A stretch of DNA of 34,626 nt from a virus (lineage: Duplodnaviria; Caudoviricetes), in IMG/VR virus record IMGVR_UViG_3300020045_007614, positions 1 through 34,626 of that record; one strand, given 5' to 3'. The position numbers and the translations under genes are program-made. The notes under the pieces are model-generated. The model was not told where the DNA came from. It ran no database searches and saw only the letters and a list, made by a program, of their open reading frames with translations. Below, in pieces: positions 1 through 9,115 of this stretch. The first letter of the stretch is position 1; every line of letters starts with the position of its first letter.

Positions 1-2
1 TG

Positions 3-2561
3 GATAAAGAGACTCTTCTTCGGTTTAAAGCTTATAAGGATGATCCTTGGTTATTTTTGACACAGTGTGTTTTTACCAAGGATGCCGTAGACAGTGAGCA
101 TCCAGTCAAACTCTTCCCCAATTATGACTACATTAGGTTCCTGGTGCGGGCATGGGAGCGAGAAAAAAAACTTCTAGTCCCGAAGTCTCGCCGAATGACC
201 GCATCATGGACCTTTATTGCACTTGCATTGTGGGATGTGATCTTCCATAGGGGCCGTGAATGGGCCTTCGTATCGAAGAAGGAGGATGATTCGGCTGAAT
301 TGGTGGCGCGAGCTGAGTTCATATTCAAGAAAATCCCCCCATCCAAGATACCAAAGGTTCTTCTCCCGAAGATCCGCAATGATCGGATGACCAAATCCCC
401 TCCTAAGCTGGAGTTTGAGTTCGGAGATAGTGAAGTTTCATATATAGCGGGCTTCCCAATGGGTGCAGATCAGCTCAGACAGTTCACATTCTCAGGACTC
501 TTCGGAGATGAAGCGGCATTCTGGCCCGATGCAGAGAATTTCTACACGGGTGCTAAGCCTACCACCGATGGGGGAGGTAGGATGATACTGGTGTCCTCCC
601 GATCACCGGGATTCTTCAAGAAACTAGTGTTCGATCAAATCAATGCGAAGGGAAATAACTTCGCTGAGGTACCCCCTGCTCCTGTGAGGACTCCGATGCA
701 AGGTGTGGAGGTATGGAAGAATCCTAAGAATGGTTTCATGGTGGTGGATTTGCACTACACGGCACATCCTGATAAGCGTGACCCATCTTTCCAACAGGCC
801 CTCAAGGACACACTACCACTCCACCAGTATTTGAGGGAGTATGAGAGAAACTGGCAAACATTCTCGGGCATGCCAGTTTTCCCCAATTTCCGCAGAGATA
901 TCCACATAGCCAAGGTCCCACTTGAGCCACATCTGGGACTTCCGTTATTGATGGCTTGGGACTTCGGGCTATGTTACGATGCGTCAACTGAAGTACTGAC
1001 AGACACAGGGTGGAAATTCTTCAAAGATATAGACATAGAAACTGATCTGATAGCCAGTCTCAATCCCCACACATTCAATGTGGATTATGTGAAATCAGAC
1101 TTAAAGGTAGATCAAGCCTATTCAGGTGACATGTACTATGCCAATGGTACTAATCTTAATTTTGCCATCACACCCGATCACATTATACCTACATGGACCA
1201 GGACTGGTGTATTTGCACGTTATAAAGCTGAAGATTTACTAGCTAAACCTGGTCATAAGATGTTTCGTGTGACTGGTAACTTCCCGGAAGGTATTCCTAG
1301 TAGTCGATGGGATCTACATCCCGATACTTACGCAGCCCTAATGGGTGCCTACCTCAGTGAAGGTAGTTCTAGTACATATAAAGTGCGTGTATATCAGTTG
1401 AAATCCCACCCATGGCTCACTGAAATATTAAATGCCACTGGATGGGAGTGGAAACAATTCGATGAGGGATATGAGATTCATAGTAGTGTGATGGCCAGAG
1501 AATTCTACCAATATGGTACACAAGATGTTCGTAGGATACCCAGAGATATACTCGATGGAACCCGTACTATGCTTCGTGCCTTTCTTGATGCCTATACAGC
1601 AGGTGATGGACATATCCGCATACGTGCTAATGGTGCAGAAGAACATACAATATTCACCAGCTCACCCGGCATGGCTGATGATATGCAAGAACTTGCAGCT
1701 AAGTTGGGATGGTCATCCTCCATACGTAAAGTAAAACCACAAAGATCTTATTATGCTGTGGAGGACAGATTCATTGAGAGTTCCGGTGGTTACTCCATTA
1801 CATTCAAAAAGAATAGACCATGGGGTGAATTTCGTTCCTATGAATATGAGCGTAAACACTATGAGGGTAGAATCTATTGTTTACGTGTACCTCATCACAT
1901 ACTGTATGTACGTAGGAATGGTAAGCCCCACTGGAATGGGAACACTCCTGCGTGTGTATTGGGACAGATGCAAGGAAGCTCCCTTAAGATTATACGTGAA
2001 TGGGTGAGTAAAAATGAAGGGATCAAGACTTTCGCCCCCAAGGTGATGAACGATATCAAGGCCCTCTATCCAGAGTGGTCCAATCCCCACAAAGATCATC
2101 ATCACTTCATAGATCCGGCGGGATTCTCCCGCTCACAGACCGATATGCGCACATGTGCTCAGGAAATGATGGAATGTGCTCCTATAGTGAATCTCTCACC
2201 GGGCCCTGTATCGTTTGAGAAACGTAAACAGTCGGTGGAGCACTTCCTCCTGTATATAGATCGGGATGGCGCGGGCCTAGAGATAGATCCCATCCAGTGT
2301 CCCACTCTCATAGAGGGATTCGCAGGTGGCTATCGATATGCAGACTCACAGTCAGATGTGGAGTCCCTTAATCCGATGCCCATCAAAGATATGCACTCAC
2401 ATCCGGCTGATGCACTGCAGTATCTCTGCCACGGCGCACTAAACAAACTGGATGTCCAATCACTAACCCTAGACATACCATCACCCAAGTACTCATTCAT
2501 CAAAGACACTACACCTAGAGGAGAATTATCTTATGGCCGTACTATCAAAGGACCACACTGA
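3..2561 (+). CDS. terL: Terminase large subunit, intein-containing (5' end at or just beyond the window edge)
   Basis: The frame is open from position 3 (DKETLLRFKAYKDDPWLFLTQ...), so the real start precedes the TTG at 57. Motifs: terminase Walker A-like VPKSRRMTASW, Walker B FGDEAAF, coupling motif ILVSS, and RNase H-like nuclease motifs AWDFG, FIDPAG and HPADALQY. Directly followed by the portal gene. Confidence 0.95.
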   Translation, partial: DKETLLRFKAYKDDPWLFLTQCVFTKDAVDSEHPVKLFPNYDYIRFLVRAWEREKKLLVPKSRRMTASWTFIALALWDVIFHRGREWAFVSKKEDDSAELVARAEFIFKKIPPSKIPKVLLPKIRNDRMTKSPPKLEFEFGDSEVSYIAGFPMGADQLRQFTFSGLFGDEAAFWPDAENFYTGAKPTTDGGGRMILVSSRSPGFFKKLVFDQINAKGNNFAEVPPAPVRTPMQGVEVWKNPKNGFMVVDLHYTAHPDKRDPSFQQALKDTLPLHQYLREYERNWQTFSGMPVFPNFRRDIHIAKVPLEPHLGLPLLMAWDFGLCYDASTEVLTDTGWKFFKDIDIETDLIASLNPHTFNVDYVKSDLKVDQAYSGDMYYANGTNLNFAITPDHIIPTWTRTGVFARYKAEDLLAKPGHKMFRVTGNFPEGIPSSRWDLHPDTYAALMGAYLSEGSSSTYKVRVYQLKSHPWLTEILNATGWEWKQFDEGYEIHSSVMAREFYQYGTQDVRRIPRDILDGTRTMLRAFLDAYTAGDGHIRIRANGAEEHTIFTSSPGMADDMQELAAKLGWSSSIRKVKPQRSYYAVEDRFIESSGGYSITFKKNRPWGEFRSYEYERKHYEGRIYCLRVPHHILYVRRNGKPHWNGNTPACVLGQMQGSSLKIIREWVSKNEGIKTFAPKVMNDIKALYPEWSNPHKDHHHFIDPAGFSRSQTDMRTCAQEMMECAPIVNLSPGPVSFEKRKQSVEHFLLYIDRDGAGLEIDPIQCPTLIEGFAGGYRYADSQSDVESLNPMPIKDMHSHPADALQYLCHGALNKLDVQSLTLDIPSPKYSFIKDTTPRGELSYGRTIKGPH
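972..1943 (+). mobile_element. Intein (324 aa) with LAGLIDADG homing endonuclease, inserted in the terminase nuclease domain
   Basis: Block A CYDASTEVLTDTGW, block B ITPDH (TxxH), LAGLIDADG-like LMGAYLSEGS and FLDAYTAGDG, block F/G YEGRIYCLRVPHHILYVRRNGKPHWNGN, then Thr at +1. Excision restores WDFGL-TPACV. Confidence 0.95.
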
Positions 2562-4419
2562 TGCGGATCTCGTTAAGTATATAAATTCATGTTACGTGGA
2601 GGCAGAGAATGCCCGAACTAATAGGGATGATTTTACCGAATCCAACTATGATGCTTATCATTTAAGGCATAATTTCGACCATAAGAATCCTGGTCAATCT
2701 ACAGAAGTACTCTCGAAACAGCGTATGGCAGTGGAGGCTACTAAGTCATTCTTTCAACAGGCCCTAGCCGACATAGGTGAGTGGTTCTCTATAGACATCA
2801 AAGATCCCACCACACCAGTAGAGGCGATGGTGCTTAAGCCCCATGAGGTGAAGAAACTCCTTGAGTATCAACTCACCAAGTCTGGTTACTTCCGTCATAT
2901 AGGACTGTCCATTCAGCGAGCCCTCTTAGGGGGCCTGATGATCACTAAGACTTATGGGAAGCTCATTCCCAGACCTAAGTTTGTGGTGAAGAAGGAAGGC
3001 AAGGGGAAGAATTTTAAGAAGAATGTCGTGGCTGTGGAGGATAAGACTTGGGAATTGTGTTTCTCTCGTGTGCGTAATCAGGATTTCTTCCCCGATCCCA
3101 CTGGTAGGGGTCTCTATCTAGTGGAAGAGATGTACATGGACTTCCATGAGGTACTTGCGCAGGCCAAGGGAGATTATCCCATCTATGACATGGCTGAGGT
3201 GGAGAAGTTATCGAAGGCATATAGTGAGGAGGGTCAGGATGCCCAGGAGAAGGCACGTGAAACGGGCCAGACCATAGAGGGATATACATCCGATCATAGG
3301 CCACAGATCAAACTCAGAGAGTTCTGGGGTAGTGTGGTGTCCACTGATGGGTCACTACTCTATGAGAATGTGGTGATCACCGTAGCTAATGACCAGTATA
3401 TCATTCGTAAGCCACTCCCGAACCCACTATGGCATCAAAAAAACCCATACACCATCACACCACTCATGGAGGTGGACGGTGCAGTATGGCCAATCGCCCT
3501 CATGGATGCCGCCACTATGCACCAACACACTATGACTGAACTCCTCAACCTCATACTGGATGCGGCCTTCAAGAAGGTCCATGCACCAAGCCAGATTCGC
3601 GTGCAAGACTTAGCGAATCCCGAGCAGGTCTCTAATGGAATCCCTCCAGGAGTAGCCCTCAAGGTCAAGAACACTCTCCCGCCCGGTGCTAAAGTGATGG
3701 AGCCTCTCGATGCGACTGATGTACCTGCAGATGCACTCAATGTGTTGAATCTCATCCAGCAGGAATTCAATGCCTCGGCCCTCACCACTGACCTTCGTCA
3801 AGGTGTCCTCCCCTCTAGGAGTGTGAAAGCCACTGAAGTGGTAGAATCCAGCCAGACCATCACTAGTGTCTTCCAAGGTATAGCCAAGAACATCGAACAG
3901 TCCCATATTGTGCCCGAACTAGAGCTCGCGTGGATGACCATCGCACAGAACCTCGACATGATATCGAAGGATGAGATGGTGGCACTGTTTGGGATTGAGC
4001 GAGGCACTGAGATCTCCCAGTTGGACCCACAGGATGTATTCGTACAGACAGTGAGTGGGTATAAGTTCCAGGTCTATGGGATCACGCAGACACTCGCTAA
4101 GGCACAGGATTTCCGTAAACTCACCACCATCCTACAAACCATTTCATCCAGTGAGATGCTCATAGAGGAGTTCCTCAAGAAGTATGATATGGGGAAACTA
4201 CTGGGTGAGATTATGACCTCCCTCAACATCGACAAGAATAAGATAGCCATTCCGATGGCACAATCTCCGCGTGGAGGAGGACTGCGTGGTACTGAGATAC
4301 CAGAAAACATCTCCCCCAATGGAGACCAAGCATCCACCCCAGCAGCATCCAATACTGCAGGATCATTTGCAGAAATCCTGGCTCAGTCCCTCCCTAATCA
4401 AGGTGCAGGTCCACAATGA
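2533..4419 (+). CDS. Portal protein
   Basis: 628 aa directly after terL. Has the portal-like KATEV motif, a helical body and a low-complexity C-terminal tail. GGAG SD upstream. Confidence 0.88.
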   Translation: MAVLSKDHTDADLVKYINSCYVEAENARTNRDDFTESNYDAYHLRHNFDHKNPGQSTEVLSKQRMAVEATKSFFQQALADIGEWFSIDIKDPTTPVEAMVLKPHEVKKLLEYQLTKSGYFRHIGLSIQRALLGGLMITKTYGKLIPRPKFVVKKEGKGKNFKKNVVAVEDKTWELCFSRVRNQDFFPDPTGRGLYLVEEMYMDFHEVLAQAKGDYPIYDMAEVEKLSKAYSEEGQDAQEKARETGQTIEGYTSDHRPQIKLREFWGSVVSTDGSLLYENVVITVANDQYIIRKPLPNPLWHQKNPYTITPLMEVDGAVWPIALMDAATMHQHTMTELLNLILDAAFKKVHAPSQIRVQDLANPEQVSNGIPPGVALKVKNTLPPGAKVMEPLDATDVPADALNVLNLIQQEFNASALTTDLRQGVLPSRSVKATEVVESSQTITSVFQGIAKNIEQSHIVPELELAWMTIAQNLDMISKDEMVALFGIERGTEISQLDPQDVFVQTVSGYKFQVYGITQTLAKAQDFRKLTTILQTISSSEMLIEEFLKKYDMGKLLGEIMTSLNIDKNKIAIPMAQSPRGGGLRGTEIPENISPNGDQASTPAASNTAGSFAEILAQSLPNQGAGPQ

Positions 4420-4655
4420 GTCCAGAAACACTGAATGAAATGCGCACACTCTCCCTTGCCGCAAGTGTATTAATCCCACTTGTGGAGGAGAAAAGATTAT
4501 CTGCATATGAAAGACTACTAGGAAGTTTCAGGCACCATCACAACGCTGACTTGGCCCTTGTCGCCGAAGTGAATGCCTATCAATCCATCCTAGATGAAAT
4601 AAACATTAAACTAAATGCATTCGAACAATTAACTAAGGAGCCAAAGAATGTCTGA
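4416..4655 (+). CDS. Small hypothetical protein between portal and scaffold
   Basis: ATGA overlap with the portal stop. 79 aa, helical; this position is typical of podovirus head modules. Confidence 0.7.
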   Translation: MSPETLNEMRTLSLAASVLIPLVEEKRLSAYERLLGSFRHHHNADLALVAEVNAYQSILDEINIKLNAFEQLTKEPKNV

Positions 4656-5439
4656 GATTATAGAATCAAGCACACAGATGATTAATGAAACACTCGCTGC
4701 ACAGGGTGGATATGAACTTCCACAGGGTAAATCTATGGATGAACCTACAATGAGTGCAGCACAATCAGAGGAACCCGCCGAAGGCGGTGGTGAGACCAGT
4801 GACTCCATCGTAGAGGTGGATGGTCAGAAGTTCGCCAATGAGAAGGCGGCATTTGACTATCTTCAGGGCCAGTATGGTCAGCTCAAGACGGAGCGAATGA
4901 TTGAGGAGGCCCGTCTTCAGGGAATCCAGGAGGCCCTCTACAATATGCCTCGCGGGGGCGAAGCCCCTATCACAGCTCCTATGCCTCAGCCTGAAGTGGA
5001 TCTTGATAAGTTCTACGAGAATCCCACTGAGTTTCTCAAGAACTACGCGGATCGAATTAAGGACTCCCTCAAGGGTGAACTCTCCGCACAGCACACTGCT
5101 GCTCAAAGGGATGCCGAGGTGTGGAATACCTTCACAGCCAAACACCCAGACCTTGCAGACTTTCGTCAAGATGTCGATAGTGTGGCGATGGCTCACAAGG
5201 ACACAGTGGCACTGCTCGCTAGACGTGATCCCGCTAAAGCCATGGACTTCGTCGCCACTAAGGTGAGAGAGAAATTCCATAAGTATATTGAGGCGACGAT
5301 GCCCAATAGGGTCCTGCCTAATGCGAAGATGGGACCCAGTTCATCTGGTAACCATTCGGCAACAAATCAACAAAGAGTCCCAGTGCCAGATAAAGCCGTT
5401 GATTTTGTGACGCAACTCCGTAACATGAAGAAAGCATAG
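4648..5439 (+). CDS. Capsid scaffolding protein
   Basis: AAGGAG SD, acidic disordered N-terminus, coiled-coil segments, basic C-terminus, immediately upstream of the major capsid gene. Confidence 0.75.
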   Translation: MSEIIESSTQMINETLAAQGGYELPQGKSMDEPTMSAAQSEEPAEGGGETSDSIVEVDGQKFANEKAAFDYLQGQYGQLKTERMIEEARLQGIQEALYNMPRGGEAPITAPMPQPEVDLDKFYENPTEFLKNYADRIKDSLKGELSAQHTAAQRDAEVWNTFTAKHPDLADFRQDVDSVAMAHKDTVALLARRDPAKAMDFVATKVREKFHKYIEATMPNRVLPNAKMGPSSSGNHSATNQQRVPVPDKAVDFVTQLRNMKKA

Positions 5440-5491
5440 AAATTCTAGCTGCTCACAATCATGTGGGCCGCACTAAACAAGGAAGGTTTAT

Positions 5492-6442
5492 ATGGCAACA
5501 CACAGTTGGGTCGCAGATGCTCCATCGGGTGTATATAAGAACCATAAACTCAGTTCACAGATCCGTATGGCCGCTATTCAGCAAGCTAAATTCATGGCAT
5601 TTGTAAAACCTGAGCCTGGATATGGTCGTAAAATGGGCGAGTCTATCACTATTACTAGAGTAAGTAACGTCACTGTTCCTACTTCTGATGTGTTGGTTGA
5701 GACTCAAAGAATTCCCGAGGACACAATTAGTCTCTCTACTCAAGCTATTACTGTAGCTGAGCATGGACGTGCAATCCCTTACACTTCACTCGCACTCGAC
5801 CTCAGTAACTTCGATCTTGAGAACGCTATCCAGATGAAACTTCGTGACCAGTTGTCACTCTCTATGGACATTAGTGCCGCTACTGCATTCAAGGCTGGTA
5901 AAGTAAAAGCCATCCCTACAGGCGTAGCTACTACTACTTTCGATGTCGATGGAACTCCATCAAGTGCTGCAGTCTCTAACCTCAACATGTATCATGTCGA
6001 GCAGATCAGAGACTATATGTTCGGTACTCTCAACATCGCTCCATTTGCAGGTGACGATTATGTAGCCATTATCTCTTATAAAGCTAAGAGAGGCCTCATG
6101 AATGATCCTAAGTGGGTTGACTGGAAGAAATACACAGATCCACAAGCCAAGTATAATGGCGAAGTTGGTCGTATTGAGAACACTCGTTTTGTCGAGCAGA
6201 ACCACACTTCTGCACTATCTGCCACTAAAGGTACTGGATCTGTGCTCGGTGAAGGCGTCTTCTTCGGTGCTGACCCTGTGGTCATGGCTGTTGTACAGGA
6301 CCCTGAACTTCGTGCCAAAGAGAGCGAAGACTATGGTCGCTCTAAAGGTGTAGCTTGGTACGGTATCTATGGATACGATCAAGTGTGGAAAGACAGTGCT
6401 AACGCTGGTGAAGCTCGCGTAGTTCACTTGACAAGTTCGTGA
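5492..6442 (+). CDS. Major capsid protein (N4-gp56-like family)
   Basis: 316 aa with a strong SD and biased codon usage. HK97-fold-like motifs GESITI, GEVGRIENTRFVE and EDYGRSKGVAWYGIYG. Confidence 0.9.
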   Translation: MATHSWVADAPSGVYKNHKLSSQIRMAAIQQAKFMAFVKPEPGYGRKMGESITITRVSNVTVPTSDVLVETQRIPEDTISLSTQAITVAEHGRAIPYTSLALDLSNFDLENAIQMKLRDQLSLSMDISAATAFKAGKVKAIPTGVATTTFDVDGTPSSAAVSNLNMYHVEQIRDYMFGTLNIAPFAGDDYVAIISYKAKRGLMNDPKWVDWKKYTDPQAKYNGEVGRIENTRFVEQNHTSALSATKGTGSVLGEGVFFGADPVVMAVVQDPELRAKESEDYGRSKGVAWYGIYGYDQVWKDSANAGEARVVHLTSS

Positions 6443-6448
6443 TGAGAT

Positions 6449-6470
6449 GGGGCCATCTGGCCCCTTCTTC
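6449..6470 (+). terminator. Putative weak intrinsic terminator/attenuator after the capsid gene
   Basis: GGGGCC-ATCT-GGCCCC hairpin followed by TTCTTC, just after the capsid stop. Confidence 0.55.
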
Positions 6471-6507
6471 AGTATGATTTCAACCTAAAACCTTAAGGAG
6501 AATTAAA

Positions 6508-6963
6508 ATGGGATATACAGAAAGATACGGACACAGAGCATTCTTCTCAGCTGATGCTGCTGCTCCTGAAATAGTTATTGATATCGGTGCGGCAAGTGCC
6601 AATGCGGGAGAACTCTCTTGCGTGGTTCCTTGCGTAATTCATCAACTTCAGTTTCACGTAACTGATGAACTTGCAGGTGGTACTTCCGTAGCTCCTCAGG
6701 TCATCTTTACTAAGAGACCAACACCTAACTCTGCTACTAGTGAGGCAGTCATAGGTACACTTATCATTCCTGACGCTACGGCAGTCGGTAAGGTATTGTA
6801 TCTTGAACTTACTGATCCTGTTCAGATGCAGGTTGGTGATGTAGTAGAGATCTCTCACGTCATTGGTACTGGTACACCTACTGGACAGGGGATTGCAGCA
6901 ATGCAGTGTGCTCATTCACCAGAAGTTCCAGCTAACATGACTGATATGATTGCTACGGCATAA
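6508..6963 (+). CDS. Virion structural protein (putative capsid cement/decoration)
   Basis: TAAGGAG SD, beta-rich A/T/G/V composition, capsid-like codon bias, follows the major capsid gene. Confidence 0.65.
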   Translation: MGYTERYGHRAFFSADAAAPEIVIDIGAASANAGELSCVVPCVIHQLQFHVTDELAGGTSVAPQVIFTKRPTPNSATSEAVIGTLIIPDATAVGKVLYLELTDPVQMQVGDVVEISHVIGTGTPTGQGIAAMQCAHSPEVPANMTDMIATA

Positions 6964-6974
6964 GGAGATAGGAC

Positions 6975-7319
6975 ATGGCTAATCTAGCTGCTGCTGATTT
7001 AACTTACACGTTACTTAGCGAAGAAATGACGGATTCCCATAAGGTCCGTCGCCGTTTCGCCATTACCACTGCTGCTGGTGAATATCCTACGGGAGGTCTT
7101 CCTTTAGATGCTGCTCGTATGGGTTATCCCGTAGTTCTTGAGTCTGTAATAATTCTTGAGAACGATGTGGCTGATCCACTCCTATCTTATACATGGGATA
7201 GAAGTGCCAATACTATTTTCGTGGTCGAGGATGATGGAACTACTGGGGTACCTGCACAACATGCAAATGCTACCTTTACTAGTCCCAATCAACTCATCAT
7301 TGAAACTATTGGCTGGTAA
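6975..7319 (+). CDS. Virion structural protein (putative head decoration)
   Basis: TAAGGAG SD. YPTGG motif and a C-terminal beta strand ending in IGW, resembling small head-associated proteins. Confidence 0.6.
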   Translation: MANLAAADLTYTLLSEEMTDSHKVRRRFAITTAAGEYPTGGLPLDAARMGYPVVLESVIILENDVADPLLSYTWDRSANTIFVVEDDGTTGVPAQHANATFTSPNQLIIETIGW

Positions 7320-7362
7320 TTGAATCATTAAACCTAATGGCCCGATAAAGTTAGGAAACACA

Positions 7363-7773
7363 ATGGAAGAGAATAGGATCAAGGGGGATTTCAATCCCCT
7401 TATTGTACATTACAGAGATGATAAGACTAAGAGAGTGGTGAAGACCAACTCTTTTAGATGTATTGCTCATAAGGGTGTACGATTTTATGAATGGCCTAAA
7501 GGTTCGGGGAACCTGTGGTGGGAGAATCAAGAACCAGCTGGAAGGCTGAGTGATAAAGGTGAACCTATCCAAGGTGCAGCACACGTTGAGTGGGCTCCAC
7601 CACCTACACAGGATGAAGCAGTGGCTTCACAGTTTAAGGCTATGGAGATGGAGAATAAGAGACTCATGTTGGAGTTATCGGCCATCAAAAAAGAACAAGC
7701 TGTGGATGCAATACTAGAAAAAGATCAAACTGAGACTAGTAAACCTGCAGAGACCCGCGTAAAATCCAAGTAA
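7363..7773 (+). CDS. Hypothetical protein
   Basis: 136 aa ORF with SD, co-oriented in the structural operon, with a C-terminal coiled coil. Confidence 0.7.
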   Translation: MEENRIKGDFNPLIVHYRDDKTKRVVKTNSFRCIAHKGVRFYEWPKGSGNLWWENQEPAGRLSDKGEPIQGAAHVEWAPPPTQDEAVASQFKAMEMENKRLMLELSAIKKEQAVDAILEKDQTETSKPAETRVKSK

Positions 7774-7795
7774 ACAGAATATCTGAGGGGGATTG

Positions 7796-9115
7796 ATGTC
7801 TAACATACGCAGCACAGCTGATTACTTGGACTCAATCCTACTGTTGGCGGGTGAAACCACTAATGGGAATTCTGCCTATGAGGCAAGAGCCCTCTATTTC
7901 CTTAATCAAATGCACACTTCCATCATTGCTGGTGGGAGTGAGTTTAATGTTGAGGTGGATGAAATGTGGCCATGGGCCCTTAATCCAATCCCTCTCCACA
8001 TAGAACTACAGCCTGCTTATGAGACTGGGACACTGAACCTGACTGAAGGAAGTACATCAGGCACATTCAGTCTAGCTCCATCCATCTCTCTCAAGGGATA
8101 TCACTTTAGTGTGACTGGGGAATCTGAAGTCTACCGGATAGTCTCCCATACTGCCTCTCAGACTGGCTTTACCTTCGATAGTCCCTATGCACAATCCACC
8201 AATGCCACTGCATCCTATAGAGCCATCAAACTCGACTATGAACTAGTGACTGATGTGATGGAGATTAATGAGGATAATAATAAAATATCATTCACTGAAG
8301 CCACTGCAGGGACTGAACTCACAGCCACACTCACTGTAGGGGTATATACTCCGAGCGCACTAGCTACTGAAGTGAAAACTGCACTCGATGCAGCGGGCGC
8401 ATCTACATATACGGTCACTTATAGTGCACTGACTCGCAAATTCACCCTCACATCAGACTTAAGCGGTGCGAACAATCTGTTCTCACTACTCGGGGCCTCA
8501 GGGAGCGAGGCCCTTGTTTATACATCGGCACTCCCGACACTGGGATTGGGACTCAAGGACCACACAGGTGCTGCGTCCTACTCTAGTGAGAGATCCCTCA
8601 CATCCATCACTAAGTTGAGTGAGCCGATGAAACTCCACACAGGCTATGATGATTATAGTGATGTGGGTGGAGTGGATAAGTTGAGATTTGCCAAAGACTA
8701 CCCCTTATCTACGACTACGATGGGGAATCCCACTCGGTTCTGTGTAATTGAAGAGCGTAGTGATGGATACATTAAGGTGAGATTTAATCGATATGTGGAG
8801 AGTGCTAGACGGGTGGAGGTCAATTATATCCCTACACCACTCAAGCTCTACGACAATACGAAGTCTCACCCTCTCATACCACTTAAGTATGCCCGTCTCC
8901 TCGATTATGGTGGAGCAGCCTACCTGATGGCTGAGAAGAACGACAATCGCGCATCGCAGTACTTCCAGCTCGCAGGCCAGCTCCTTCAAGCCATGATGCA
9001 GAATTCCCGTAAAACTAGTGAAAGAGTGGGAGAATATTTCGGTGAGATCATCGCCCGTCCAGACTTGATGCCATCGAAGAGACGTAGACTCCTTTATGGC
9101 GAACCGGAGGGCTGA
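7796..9115 (+). CDS. Head-to-tail adaptor (tail tubular protein A-like) with inserted beta-rich domains
   Basis: Helical N-terminus (ARALYFLN...WPWA) and adaptor-like C-terminus (PLIPLKYARLLDYGGAAY...) flank a Thr/Ser-rich insert. Precedes the nozzle gene. GAGGGG SD before the ATG at 7796. Confidence 0.65.
   Translation: MSNIRSTADYLDSILLLAGETTNGNSAYEARALYFLNQMHTSIIAGGSEFNVEVDEMWPWALNPIPLHIELQPAYETGTLNLTEGSTSGTFSLAPSISLKGYHFSVTGESEVYRIVSHTASQTGFTFDSPYAQSTNATASYRAIKLDYELVTDVMEINEDNNKISFTEATAGTELTATLTVGVYTPSALATEVKTALDAAGASTYTVTYSALTRKFTLTSDLSGANNLFSLLGASGSEALVYTSALPTLGLGLKDHTGAASYSSERSLTSITKLSEPMKLHTGYDDYSDVGGVDKLRFAKDYPLSTTTMGNPTRFCVIEERSDGYIKVRFNRYVESARRVEVNYIPTPLKLYDNTKSHPLIPLKYARLLDYGGAAYLMAEKNDNRASQYFQLAGQLLQAMMQNSRKTSERVGEYFGEIIARPDLMPSKRRRLLYGEPEG

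Noticed and set aside
972-1943. Class 3 intein, suggested by the block F Cys
   Set aside because: Cys1 is present and the Trp and Thr of the class 3 WCT triplet are not, so class 1 is more likely.
6420-6510. T7 10A/10B-style capsid frameshift or readthrough into the next gene
   Set aside because: No slippery heptamer, tandem TGA TGA stops, and the next gene has its own strong SD.
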